NCBI GenBank assembly: GCA_021432655.1
Contig: MU271230.1
Span: 62,001-126,000 of the forward strand
Length of the DNA stretch: 64,000 bases
Reading direction: 5' to 3'
From: Atractiella rhizophila
Lineage: Eukaryota
Below the pieces are notes generated by a model, which saw nothing but the letters and a program-made list of their open reading frames with translations, was not told the origin of the DNA and did not search any database. Positions 14,301 through 26,502 of this stretch are shown here, in pieces; position 1 is the stretch's first letter, and the number at the start of each line of letters is the position of its first letter. A program made the position numbers and the translations under genes.

Positions 14301-14760
14301 CAGTCTTTTGCTCACTCGCTTAAGAAAGTGAAAAGGGAAAGGGGAATGATGAATGAGAACCTCAGTCTGGGCATGTGAGGCATTCAAGTTTGGAGCTGAA
14401 AGAAAGAGGATGAGGGATGGGGAGAAGGAGCATGGAAGCTATGGAGGATGCAAAGCGGTTATGGATCTGTGACTGACGTATGGCATAATGGGAGAAAGTG
14501 GACCGTGAAGGAGAAGGAATTCCTTAGATGAGATTCTTGAGTTACTGTATTCACTCTCTCATATCTTGCATGCACACTCGCTCAAACCGAAACACGAACT
14601 GACTTGTCTCCTCCGTTCAAGATTTACTCCTACCGCCGAACGACTGTAAGCCTTTCAAATTGCTTATCTCTGCTTTTGTCTTCCACAAGCAGCCCATCTA
14701 TCCACGAGGGAACCTTCATCATCATGTTCCATGCCCCCTCGAACACTTTGTGAACTATCT
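11380..14760. repeat. Diverged segmental duplication, copy B (partner ~2930-5970)
   Basis: See copy A. Copy B has extra sequence at ~12780-13400. Confidence 0.7.
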
Positions 14761-15782
14761 CGCCTCGTCTCTGCCGCGTGGGAAAGGGAATGGAGAAGTA
14801 TCAAACCATGATGTTCACGACTGTAACTGCATCGCCTTCAATCAGGACAAGCATTGTTTTGATTCCAACTTGTCGAGGTGCAACTTCCGTTCCCACTTCC
14901 TCCACTTAAATCTCTTCCTTCATTCGCAGAGGGTTAATTCCATCTGGTTAATAGGAACTAGCCGTCGCCTTCTTCGACGTCCGAGTTTTCCGAATGCGCA
15001 CAACGTTCGTGCACCAACAATGTGCCATTCTCCTTGATCTTCCCACAAACTGCTCACCTATGGTTATTCCTTTCTTGGAACGTGACCTCAACATCCTTCT
15101 TGAAATTCGAGTTTGCCGCATCAAATAAAGGTACACAACTTCTATCCATCCCACAACGACCACAATCCATCAACCGTGCCATTCTCCTTCATTTCTCCCA
15201 CAAACTGGTCATCTGGGTGCCTCATAGCCCACGGCCTGAGGCCTGCTCTTTGCCCGTCAACCCATCCTCCGCCGTCTTCGTCCAGCTTTCGACACCTTCT
15301 CCGCCGCCTCCTTACCCCCTCTGGCCTCTAGCCACAGGTGGGGATCATGCAGTGCGCTGTGTTCTCGCTGACTCGTTTGTGAGAAACGTGAGGCGTGTAG
15401 AGGCAGAACAGTGACTGAAGAATCCCCTCCGAGTCAGCTGGACTTGTGCGGTGCTGGAGTCCGGCATACAATGTGGGGAAGGAGCTCGAAGGAGAGAAAT
15501 AGGGAAGCCGGAGGAAGAACGAGGGGGAGGGGTGAATGAAGCGGCTAACTCGAATGCGGCACAGAGGATCGACTAGAGGGGAAGGTGGATGGATGGAGCT
15601 GTCGTCGTTCTCTTGTCTCAATGAAAATGTAGTGCATATAATGTTTCGAATTAATGCATGCATTTCTGCACCAGAAGAGAGGAGCGTGTCAGAATTTCTG
15701 ACAACAATCGCAGTGAAAATAGAAGCAGACCTTTCTTCAGCTACTCTGTGCACCAGTATCACTATATGAATCCCTCCCAATT

Positions 15783-16149
15783 TGTTAGGGCTGACACTAT
15801 GTGCGGTCGCCAACGGGCGATGCGTCTGTAGTGGAGATAAACCTAAGAGAATACTCTAAGGTCACCTCCACTACTCTCTGATCTATATATACAAGCGGAA
15901 TAACACTGCCACATAGCGTAGAGGAGAGCAGATGAAACATGTAAGAGAACTAAAAGGGAAGTGACAGTGGGATTACGTGGAGTTAATAAGAGGAGGATAG
16001 GCACAATTGGGCTAAGTGGTGATGTAGGTGCAAATGGGCGACGGGAGACGCAGTGGCGAACGGGCGCCGATTCGCAGGGAACGCAAATGGGCGAGAGGAG
16101 ACGCAATCCGGCGAACGGGCGCCGATTTGCGTAAGATGCAAACCTGACA
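15783..16149 (-). repeat. 3' LTR (367 bp)
   Basis: Near-identical to 21828-22231 except for a 37-bp indel and scattered substitutions. Confidence 0.95.
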
Positions 16150-16354
16150 ACACCCCCCAGTTTCTGTGGTTCTTGCAGTAAGCAGAAACTTCTACTTCAT
16201 AAGGTTTGCCAATTTTGCGAAAAGTGCCTGAAGTACCAGCCGCCGCTCGGACAGAGTGAAATTGTTGGAGCAAAGAGACATGGTGTACCTCGCAATTTGA
16301 GGAATTTTTCGAAGTTGACCAGGTGTTGTTTTGGTGTAATAAGTGTCCATTCTG

Positions 16355-16754
16355 CGAAAACGGGCTGGACAACTCACCAACAAACCGGTCGCCGATCTGT
16401 CCGTTGAGGAACAGACCGGCGCCTCACCTAGACCTATGTTCAACAATGTGACTAGGGATTCACCCAGCGAGGCATGTAGAGGAGTAGGACCTCTTAAAGT
16501 GAGGGGGAGGGGACCTCGCGATTGAGGGCAATTTTTCGTAAATGCGACATTGGTGATGGTGCGAGAACGCAATGAGCATTCGTCTTTGACGGGTGACGAA
16601 TGGACTCACCAACGACCAAGTCGCCGACTTGCCCATTGAGGAGCAAGTCGGCGCCTTGCCTTGACCTAAGTCTCAAAGACTAGGATTTCACCCGGCAAGG
16701 CATATAGGGGTGTTGGACCCCTTAAAGTGAGGAAGACCCTTCAGCCCGTTTTCG
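16355..16754 (-). ncRNA. Candidate structured cis-RNA element (two tandem multi-stem domains) at the pol stop / 3' UTR
   Basis: Repeats 16372-16504 and 16604-16732 keep three stems through compensatory changes. Both are enclosed by a 13-bp inverted repeat CGAAAACGGGCTG / CAGCCCGTTTTCG. Confidence 0.65.
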
Positions 16755-19700
16755 TCGAAGGTTACGAAAACGCGTGTTTGGGCGATTTTTTGCGGAGTTC
16801 GGTATGGAATCGGGACGAACTGCGAGAGGGTGTGCAGAGTGATAGTCTTTTATAGCATCCTGCGAATTTTCTAGATCTGCGATGTTGATCCACTCGTCCT
16901 CAGATGGTGAATACCCTTTGTATCAAACACGATATTTGAAAACTCTATTTCGGGTACCGAACCATTTTCCATCGACAATTTTCTCCACTTCCCATTCTTC
17001 AATTCCATTCACCAATTCCGCAGGTGGTTTGGGCAACTGGACTCTGCCCGGGATGTCGTCTTCGTTGACTTTTCGTATTAGACCTACATGGAACACTGGA
17101 TGTATCTTCCATGAGGATGGCAACTTGAGTTTAAGGTTGAGGGGACCCAAAACTTGCAAAACACGAAAAGTGCCATTTGTCGTCTAACTTTTTGACGGGT
17201 CTCGTTGATTTGATGTTTTTCGCGCTCAACCAGACGAAATCGCCGGCGTGATATTCGGGCGCCGGTGCGCGTTTTCTGTCATGATGTTTTGCCATGAGAT
17301 CTGCTGCTTGCTCGAGTGCCGCTTGTGCTTCCCGGTCGGCGATTTGCATCTTTTCGACGAATTGCGCGGCCGCGGGAACGTCCTCGTCGGAGATGGGTTC
17401 AAAGGCCATGCGGGGATGTTGACCGCAATCGAGCGAAAATGGAGTTACGCCCGTCGCCGAACTGACGCGATTGTTGAGCGCAAATTCTGCATTGGGAAGT
17501 CCTTCCACCCAATTATCTTGAAGGTGATTGCAGAAAATGCGAAAATATTATTCAACCTCTTGGTTCATGCGTTCAGTCTGACCATCACTTTGCGGGTGAT
17601 AGGCTGTCGATGGTGAGCCTTTGATACCTAATAGGCGAAAAAGTGCGGATGTGAATTTGGACACAAACTCTTTGCCTCGATCGAAAATTGCGACATCGAA
17701 AAGTCCATGTAACTTCCATACGTGATCGCGAAAAAGTCTTGCAAGGCCTTCTGCATCCATCGTCGAATGGGTGCGAATGAGATGGGTGCGTTTTGAGAGT
17801 CTGTCCACTATGACGAAAATCGTGTCAAACCCCCCAGATTCTGGGAGTGGTCCAACCAAGTCCATGCTGACAATTTGCCATCGACGCGTGGGAATGTCAT
17901 TTGGTTGTAAAAACCCGACAGGTGGGGAAGGAAAGTTTTTTGTTCTGTGGCAAGTGTAACAGGCGCCGACATAGCGGCGAACGTAATGCGCCAAACCCGG
18001 CCACCAGTAGTACCTTTTTACGAGAGCCGTCGTCGATTTTACGCCTGGATGACCGGCGATTTGCGAATCGTGCAGGTCTTGCAAAATCGAGCGGCGAATT
18101 TCGTCGTCGCGGGGAATGTAGAGTTTTCCGCGAAAATAGACAGCGCCATCGACTTCTTGCCACTCCCGTCGGCAAATTGCGTCGACTGGTTCGTCCAGGA
18201 TCTCTCTCAAGGCTTTGACTACTTGTTCTTCCCGTTCAGGTACCCTTTTCATGCGTTCCAGTATACTCAACTCCGACATTTGTGTTGTGAGCGCAACCGC
18301 GCTCCCAGTCGCGTTGATCGTGATACGATCCGTGTTGAAAAAATGTTCTGGGAGTAATACTATGTCAAAGTTGTCGCAAGTCGCCGGTTTGTGATCCGGT
18401 CGCCGACTGAGCACATCTGGTTTTGCGGAGTTTCGTCCAGGACGGTCTAATAGAGTGAAGTTGAAAGATGCAAGTTCAGTGATCCAGCGCGCCTGTCGCC
18501 GATTCAACTTTTGTGGCATTCTGAAATACTCAAGATTTTTGTGATTGGTCAAGATCAGAAATGGCTCATCAGTACCTTGAAGAAGGTGTCTCCATTCTTG
18601 CAGTCCACGCATAATTGCGAGCATTTCTTTGTCGTAGGTGTCATAGTTCCTCTGGGCATTGTCGAGCGATTTTGACACGAAACCGAGAGGATGAAACTTC
18701 CCATCAGGCTTCATTTGCGACAGAACGGCGCCTGTCGCGAAATTTGACGCGTCGACTTCGAGCAAAAATCGTCCTATTTGTTCGGGATGTGCCAAGACGG
18801 GCGCCGAAGTCATGAGTTGTTTCAAAGCGGCGAACGAACGTTGTTGATCTACCCCCCAGACCCAGGGAACCTCCATTTTCGTCAGTTCATATAAAGGTCG
18901 TGCGATGTGACTGAATCTGTCGCAAAAGCGGCGATAGAAATTAGCGAAACCGAGGAACATTTGGACTTCCTTCATGTTTTTTGGTTCTGGCCAATCCATC
19001 ATTCCTGCAACTTTCACTGGATCCGGTTCGATCCCTCTGCTGGAAATGATCAAGCCTAGATACTCTACCTCCTCTTGACACCAAATGCATTTCTGCAAAT
19101 TTACGTAAAGTCCATTTTCACGCAAAATTTGACAAACTTGTCGGACACGTTCCCAATGTTCTTCTTCAGTCTCTGTCGCAATGAGGATGTCGTCGATGTA
19201 TACGAAGATGAACGCAGCGGCGATCATCGTGCGAAAAATAGAGTTCAGGAAGGCCTGAAAAGTCGCTGGTGAGTTGCAGAGACCGAAATACAGCACCAAT
19301 GGTTCGAAAAGGCCGCGATTTGTGCGAAACGCCGCTTTGTGCTCGTCTCCTTCTTTGATGCGAACGTTGTTGAAACCCTTTCTCAGGTCAATCTTGCTAA
19401 AAAATTTCTTACTAGAGACCATGGAGAAGAGGTCAGCTTGGATAGGGAGTGGAGTTTTGTCCTTGATTGTGGCTTCATTCAACTTACGATAGTCGAAAAG
19501 GGGACGAAGTTCGGGTGAGTCTTTTTTGTGTGTAAAAAAGACGGAAGCACCATGTTCACCTGTGCTAGGACGTATACGACCAGCGCTCAGTTCAGCGTCA
19601 ATGAATTGGTCGAGCGCCGCTTGTTCGTCTCTTTTCAAGGGGTAGATGGGACCAGCATATGGTTGAGCTTCTGGTTTGAGGTTGATGGCATGGTCCCAAG

Positions 19701-20517
19701 GTCGTCAAGGAGGAAGCCAGGTTTTGAATTTTTCGTCGTCGAAAATGTCTGCAAAATCGGCGATTTGCGCCGGTATTTCGACAACGCTTTTTGGTCTCAT
19801 CGCCGCTGCGTCTTTCGCCAGTTTCTGCGATTTTGTCATGGCGGCACGTATTGAGGCAGAGGACGATGGAACTTGGTCACGTGTGGTAGACACATCAACC
19901 GCATTGCAACCGGTGGGGCAACGAGAGAACTCAACTTTCCCTGATGCCCAGTTAATCTCTGGGTTGTGGTGTCTTAGCCAGTCATGACCCAGAATCATGT
20001 CGACTGTCCCCAACTCCGCCACAGCGAATTGCCAAACTTCGTGATGGGCGGCGATCGAAATGGGTAAATAAGCGACAGAATGGATGGAACCCCCCTGATT
20101 GAGGGATCCGTCGATATTGTAAACGGGCACTGGGGAAGGGAGTTGAGTGACGGGTAGGTTGTATTCAGAAACGAGTTTCGGAGAAATGAAGGAAGTAGTT
20201 GCCCCGCTGTCGAAGAGCGCGGATGTGGCGTGTCGGCGATGGGAATGTGGGTGATGAAAACCGGTTCTGAGTTTCGTTTTAGAACTGACTAGGGATGCCG
20301 TTGTCGAACGTAGGTGGACTTTGTCGTACATTTTTGCGACATCTGCGCATCTTTGTCTCCAAGATGGAAAACGCAATTTTGGAAATGGGGAGTCATGTTC
20401 GGGAGAAGGGAAATCTGCGCAAAGCGGCGCTTTGTTGGAAGTAATTTTAAATGACGAAAATGAATTGCAAGTCGGCGACGGGGACACTCCTTTCACCCAT
20501 CGCCGTCTCAAAAATCC
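16722..20517 (-). pseudogene. pol: pol: protease, RT, RNase H, integrase, chromodomain
   Basis: PR LFDSGATTSFI; RT LYFGLCNSPATFQ and YIDD; RH EVDASNFATGAVL; IN H..HPG..CYTC, SMDLVGPLP, DRGKEF, GQTER; chromodomain EEWEVEKIVD. In-frame stops at 19705, 17548 and 16923, plus a frameshift at ~17155. Confidence 0.95.
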
Positions 20518-21766
20518 TCCCACAGATCCGATGATTGAGTGACGGTCGTTTTCGGCCACCGGTCGGAGATTTGCGCAGATTGTCGTTCTTATTCTACGAG
20601 ACGAGTGTCGAAATATTCTCCTTGTGCACGAAGGTATTGCTCTTTGCTCATGGATATCTTGCATTCCTTCTCTCTGTGTCCGATCCTTTGGCATCTTCGA
20701 CAACGAGGCGGTCTGAACTTCGTTGCGTCCACCTCCATATCGTCGGGATCTTTAGCTTCATGAGATTGCGAAGCGGCGATGGGTGACAGAGCAGCGCTCA
20801 GTCGGTACAGTGGCGGTCCGCTGTTGTCTTTCTGTTTCGTTGATTTTGAGTGATCCTTCTTTGCTGAAGGTGTATTTTGGGTTCCACTCGTCACCAATGA
20901 GATGCCCCGAAAGAAGCTGGAATGTGCGAATTCTTCTGCGTCGATTCGCCGCGTTTTTTCCTTCCACTCTTCAAGGGACTTGGGGAAATCTCCTTGTGTC
21001 ACTTTAAGGTGTAAGGCAGGATTGAGGCCCCGTTTGAAGAAAAATGTGAGCGCCTCATCATCAAAGTCTGTCTGATTTGCCAACTCTTCAAACTTGATGA
21101 TGTAGGACTCTAGCTTGCCTTTCTGTTGCAGGGAAGACAGTTTCGTTTGCGCAATAAGTTTGTGGTCAGTTTTGCAAAATCGCGATCTGAACTCCGACAA
21201 AAATTGCTCCCACGAAATCTGTTCCTCATTTTCGACAAGTCGGCGCAGTATCCCAGCGGCGAATTTTTCAGCGTCTCCTTCTTTCATATATGATAGAGTA
21301 AATAAGATTTTCGATTTTTCTGAGGGGAACTGTCCTGGGATGGCAGACGTGTAGATGTGGATTTCGCGAAGAAAGGTCGGCGCCGAGCTAGGCACTCCTT
21401 TGAAGATAGAGGGCGTGGCAAGTCTGATTCCTGCATAAGGCGAAACTTGTGCATTTTGAGGTATTAAGTTTGGGGTATTGGGTCTGTTCGCGATAAAAAG
21501 GGGGAGGTGGTCCCACTGTCTCTAGGAGAAGGCAGTCTGGAGTCCAGCAATTGTAAAATTCGGTCGTTTGTGTTCTGGACGTCGGACCTCAGTTGCGCAA
21601 TTTCGTGCGCATTTTGGGAGGTTTGCGCGTTTTGTTGGTTGAAACTTGCTACGAGATCTTGTTCGATTTTTTTGAACTGCTTTTCGGTTGTGAGGTGTAG
21701 AGTTTGGAACATCCTTTCTAAACGATGGATGCGTTCTTCGCTCGTCGGCGATTCGCGCGTTTCCAT
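20508..21766 (-). pseudogene. gag: gag with CCHC zinc knuckle
   Basis: Retrotrans-gag-like region (QQKGKLESYIIKFEELA..FFKRGLN) and CRRCQRIGHREKEC. Frameshift at ~21470 and premature stop at 20589. Confidence 0.9.
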
Positions 21767-21827
21767 ATCTCCTCAAACCTCCGACATTTTTTAAGTTTGG
21801 TTTTGAAATTGAGAGAGAGTATTCTTC

Positions 21828-22231
21828 TGTTAGGGCTGACACTATGTGCGGTCGCCGATAGGCGATGCGTCTGTAGTGGAGATAAACCTAAGAGAATACT
21901 CTGAGGTCACCTCCACTACTCTCTGATCTATATATACAAGCGGAATAACACTGCCACAGAGCGTAGAGGAGAGCAGATGAAACATGTAAGAGAACTAGAA
22001 GGGGAAGTGACAGTGGGATTACGCGGAGTTAATAAGAGGAGGATAGGCACAATTGGGCTAAGTGGTGATGTAGGTGCAAATGGGCGAACGGGCGCCGATT
22101 TGCAACGGGAGATGCAGTGGCGACGGGAGACTCAGTGGCGAACGGGCGCCGATTCGCAGGGAACGTAAATGGGCGAGAGGAGACGCAATCCGGCGAACGG
22201 GCGCCAGTTTGCGTAAGATGCAAACCTGACA
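21828..22231 (-). repeat. 5' LTR (404 bp) with TATATATA box
   Basis: Direct repeat of 15783-16149, upstream of gag. Confidence 0.95.
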
Positions 22232-22267
22232 CAATTCTTATCGAGCATCCTCCTATTTGTCCTTTCC

Positions 22268-25200
22268 ATGAGATCCAGCTCAATGCACCCTAGTTCGACA
22301 TCCCATCTCATCCCTCTCCATGACAGCCTGAGATCCACTAGGAACTCTTCATCGCCATATCCCTCCATTCGTGCTCAAGCCAGGAAGAAAAAGGCGGAGG
22401 AGGATGGGCTACGATTAGCAACACGTGCTGCTTTACGCGTTGATTTCATCGCAACTTCCGGCATCTCATTGAAGCATACACCCGCAAGGATCCTGTGCCT
22501 TCACGAAGGGTTCCTTACGCATCGAAAGTCCGACTCAAGATACAACAGCCTCCAGCATCTGAGCCTCAGCATTCCCGGCTTGAAATGGATATCTCAACAA
22601 CAGACCTCGATGCAATTCCTGCAGGCAACATGAACGATGGAAGTGATGAAGAGATGGAAGTCAATGGCGATGAGATGATTGTTGGAGAGAGCATAGAGCT
22701 GAGAGAGGAGGTGGAAGTTATTGCATCGATTGCTGAAGATGAGCAGACGTATCATAATCCAAATCCTGATGAAGCCCCCCAACCTGTTGGAGCTGTAGAG
22801 CTCACACACGCGACCCCACTATGGTAAGGATTCTCGCATGTGATGAAATGGCATTAATATTTGTTTTTGTGTTGCAGCGACATTCGTGATATCCTCATGC
22901 CACTTTACGACGACAACTCCGAGAATCTTTCATCTGTTCCTCCAACACATCCAGATGATATCCCCAGGCTTAGTGACAAGCGGCAACTTACTTTGGACAA
23001 GTTCCAAATCTGGCACCGAAACAACGAGAAAGAGGCAAGCTATGAAGGCCATCGTCAAAACTGGACTTTGCGTAAGCATGAAATGCATACCCTTCCTGAG
23101 GCAAAAAAGATGCTTGCTGAGCTCAGCGGCTTGGCCGGAGAGTGGTTGCCTATGTGTGGAGCCTCTTGCAGCTCCTATCTTGACAAGTATGAGAAGTTGG
23201 ATGGGCAAGTTGGTTGTTTTCGAATAGCAAAGAAGGTGCTAAAGAAAGACTTAGATGTCCACATTCGTGCAAAATTAACGGCGCCATTGTACCATGCAAC
23301 CGATCTCGCTTTTCTCTTTCCTTTGGACGATCTGCAATACCAGGTGATTCATCAAGAACAAAGAAGAAGAGTGAAAAGCATTTTCTCTTCTACAATCCCC
23401 TCCATCAAATTAAGGCGAAGTTCCCGGCTCCACAGAATGCTGAGATGATGGGGTACTTTGGAAGGAAGCTGGGAGAGACACTGGCAAAAACAGAGCATTT
23501 ATTAGACAAACTGCGCCGTGGATACACTTACGATGACTTCCACCACGGGCACAGCAGTCCAAGCCCTTGCCAACGATAACATTGGCTTTATGGAAGACGA
23601 ACGAGAATCAGTCTTTATTGCTTCGACAGACGGTGCAGCCATCCATGCCACCCGCGACTCTAACATGTGGTTCATCATCCTTTCGTTTCTAGGCTTCGAC
23701 ACGGGCGTACGAGCGAAACGTCATCATACATATTTCACCTTAGGCGTTCCTGGTCCCAACAATCCCGTTGACATCCAATCGTTCTTCATTCCATTCTATA
23801 AAGCTATGGCAAAGTTGAGTGGAGGATTGTGGATGTGGGATGCTGGATATCGAAGGTGGTTTGTTTGGAAAGGATGGCTGCTCAACAAGCTCGGGAAGAA
23901 TCTCACACTGCTTCCTTAAAACTCACATTGAAAGACACATAGGTGACATGCTTGGCTCTGCAAAGGCTAATGGCTGCACGGGCCATCAAGGCAAGTGTGG
24001 CTGTCGCTTTTGCAAGCTTATCGGTCGGCTTCTTGGCCAACACTACTATTACCCATGTATATCGCTTCCTCAGGATGATGGTACACTACCTGATTATCGC
24101 CTAGTCGCCTACGATCCTCTAAACCTTCTCATTCGCACAACGACAGAATACACACAAATAGCAAAGGACCTAGCCCTTGCAACGACCCAAAAAGCTCGTT
24201 CAGAGATAGCTCGTGACAGTGGCATCATTTCCATCATGCCCATATCTGGTCTCGCTACATTTCGTGATCCTTGGACCATTTTTGCTGGGGATCTTGCTCA
24301 TCTCCATTGGAAGAATGATGCTGAACTCATTTTCGATTCTACCATGGGGATCAACAAGCAGGAGTCGCTTCCTAAACCATGGCATCCGACACAGCAAATT
24401 CGTGAGGAATTTGGGAACCCATGATCGAATGCTCCAAAATTGATATTCCCTACGCCTTCTCTCAGGCGGCTCTTCGAAACATATACCGATTTCGAAACAC
24501 TCAGTACAAGATGCACGAATAGTGGGACATTTACGACTGGCTGCTTCTTCCTAGCCTTTTCCTCCTTGGATTTCCTCTCAACGTCCTAAACGTAATTGAC
24601 TCTTTTGTCTGTGGCTGCCTGCTCGCACAGCAGCACCAGATTACAGAAGAGCAGTGGCTCAAAATTCGAGAATATTTTGCCAATTTCATGACAGGCTGGG
24701 AGAAGGTATTTGTACATGGGGATCGGTCTCGACTTGTTCGAATACCCATGTGCATCCGCCATCTCTTGCACGTTGCCGATTGGATTCTCTGGTGGGGCCC
24801 CCCGAATTCTCTACTCGCAATTTCCAATGGAGGGAATGATTGGTTATCTTAAAAAGTGTATCAACCAGGACAACAAGTATCAAGAGAATCTCCTTAACCA
24901 AGCACTTTTGCAAGAGCAGCTGAACATCGTTGATGTTCTCTATCCAGATGAAAATCCCATTCATGGCAAGTCTGCCCCTCGGTTCTGTCAGTTGTCCTTA
25001 TATCCTCTCACAACTCTGTCTCTTCACCTCGATGGACATCTATTCCTGTCACCAAGTTAGTCAAACTGCGAGGCAGCGATTAATTCGTAGAATGGATGCA
25101 TGAGATCAATTTGATTCAATCCTACAGTGCCTCTCATGGCAAGAATCTTGACGGAATAGATATGGAGAAGACTGTTGCAAAATGGGAGTACTGGGGCCGG

Positions 25201-25992
25201 TGTTCTTTGGCTAATGGGGATTATTCGCTCTCAGAGACTCGAACGGTCATGGAAATTCGAAGCAAGAAGGGCTCGCAGATTTCAGGTCAGATTTAGATTA
25301 GTACACTGATATGAGCTACAAACTCCTCTGACATGACGGATAGGGCATTGATGATGCTGGAGACATCTTCTATAGTGAGGCTGTTGTCTACATTCGAATT
25401 CCAGAGTCCTTCTTCAACCCAACAGCAGATGCAATGGCCGACAGGCTCTTCGCGCTCACTCAGCTTTTCAACAAACGAGCAAACCCCTTACAGAGTGAGA
25501 TCCTCTGCCAATGGAGCGGCGAGTATCGGCTTGTGATGGGGCCACGGGAGCATAAACGCACCCTCCTTTCTCTTGCTGGTATGAAGTCATATATCCTTGG
25601 TTCCTTTTTCTTAATACTCAGCTTTTATGCTATAAAATAACTTCCCCTGCAAGTGTGAGACCCAGACTTTTGATTGGTCTCGCACCTTGCAGGTATGTAT
25701 TTCATTCTCATATAGAACATACAATAATAGAGTTTTGATTGGTCTCGCACCTTGCAGTCCCGCTCACCCCACCGCTCGTAATCTTTATCAGCTTGTACCT
25801 CTGGACCAGATCCACCGTTTGATCGGGATTTTTCAAGCTGAAGACGGCAACGGTACAGCATTCGTGTGGATTCTTTTTCGCCACCACTCGGATACAGTCA
25901 TTGACACAGCTCTCGAACCGGATGCAGACGACTCTCTGGTTGAAGGAGATGCAGACCAGAATGAGGAAATGTATCTTCCAGACTCGATATAA
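22268..25992 (+). pseudogene. CACTA/EnSpm (Tnp2/Transposase_21-like) transposase, fragmented, with introns
   Basis: Motifs STDGA, PGPNNPVDIQSF, GDMLGSAK..GHQGKCGCRFC, GDLAHL and SQFPMEGMIGYLK occur in order across several frames. TIRs were not identified and the 5' boundary is approximate. Confidence 0.7.
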
Positions 25993-26502
25993 GGCTCTCA
26001 AGCGTTGATGGGCTCGTATTATTCTAGTACATTTCACCTATTCCCATTACATTGTTGCGCTATCTATGTTTGTAGATCAATTTAGCGGTTCTAATTTTGC
26101 TAGTTACAATATGAAATTTCGATATTTTAGTAGATATATACTGTCTAACATGGATTTTGTGGTACTGCAATAAGTTGACCTCCGTGCACTTTCCTCTCCA
26201 GCTCTCTCTATTTCAACACACAACATACCCACCAATCCATTCTTCCACCATTGGCCTTCTTTCTTCAAGTCCTTCCACAGGAGCAATGCCTTTTGCATGG
26301 CGGAGGCAGAGTGGTGATGGAGAGGGTTGACTCAACTCTGCAATTGAGGGTTGTGTTTCCCCGACGTCCTTTAATTCTGCTGCTGATGTTGTCTCTAGTT
26401 CGTGTTTCTCGCGACCATTACAGTTGTCATTGAACCACGAGCGTTCAGCACTTCCCAGGCACTAGATACACTACTCCATCCCCTCCACAGCACTCAACTC
26501 GC

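Larger units (their letters stand above)
15783..22231 (-). mobile_element. Ty3/Gypsy chromovirus LTR retrotransposon, full length, disabled
   Basis: Two TG..CA LTRs, 5-bp TSD CAATT (15778-15782, 22232-22236), gag-PR-RT-RH-IN-chromodomain order, and a G-rich PPT-like tract next to the 3' LTR (16150-16160). Confidence 0.97.

Noticed and set aside
16355..16754. Hammerhead or hairpin ribozyme assignment; env-like ORF in 15983-16572
   Set aside because: No CUGANGA/GAAA or hairpin-ribozyme loop consensus was seen. The ORFs are short, motif-free and overlap the LTR.
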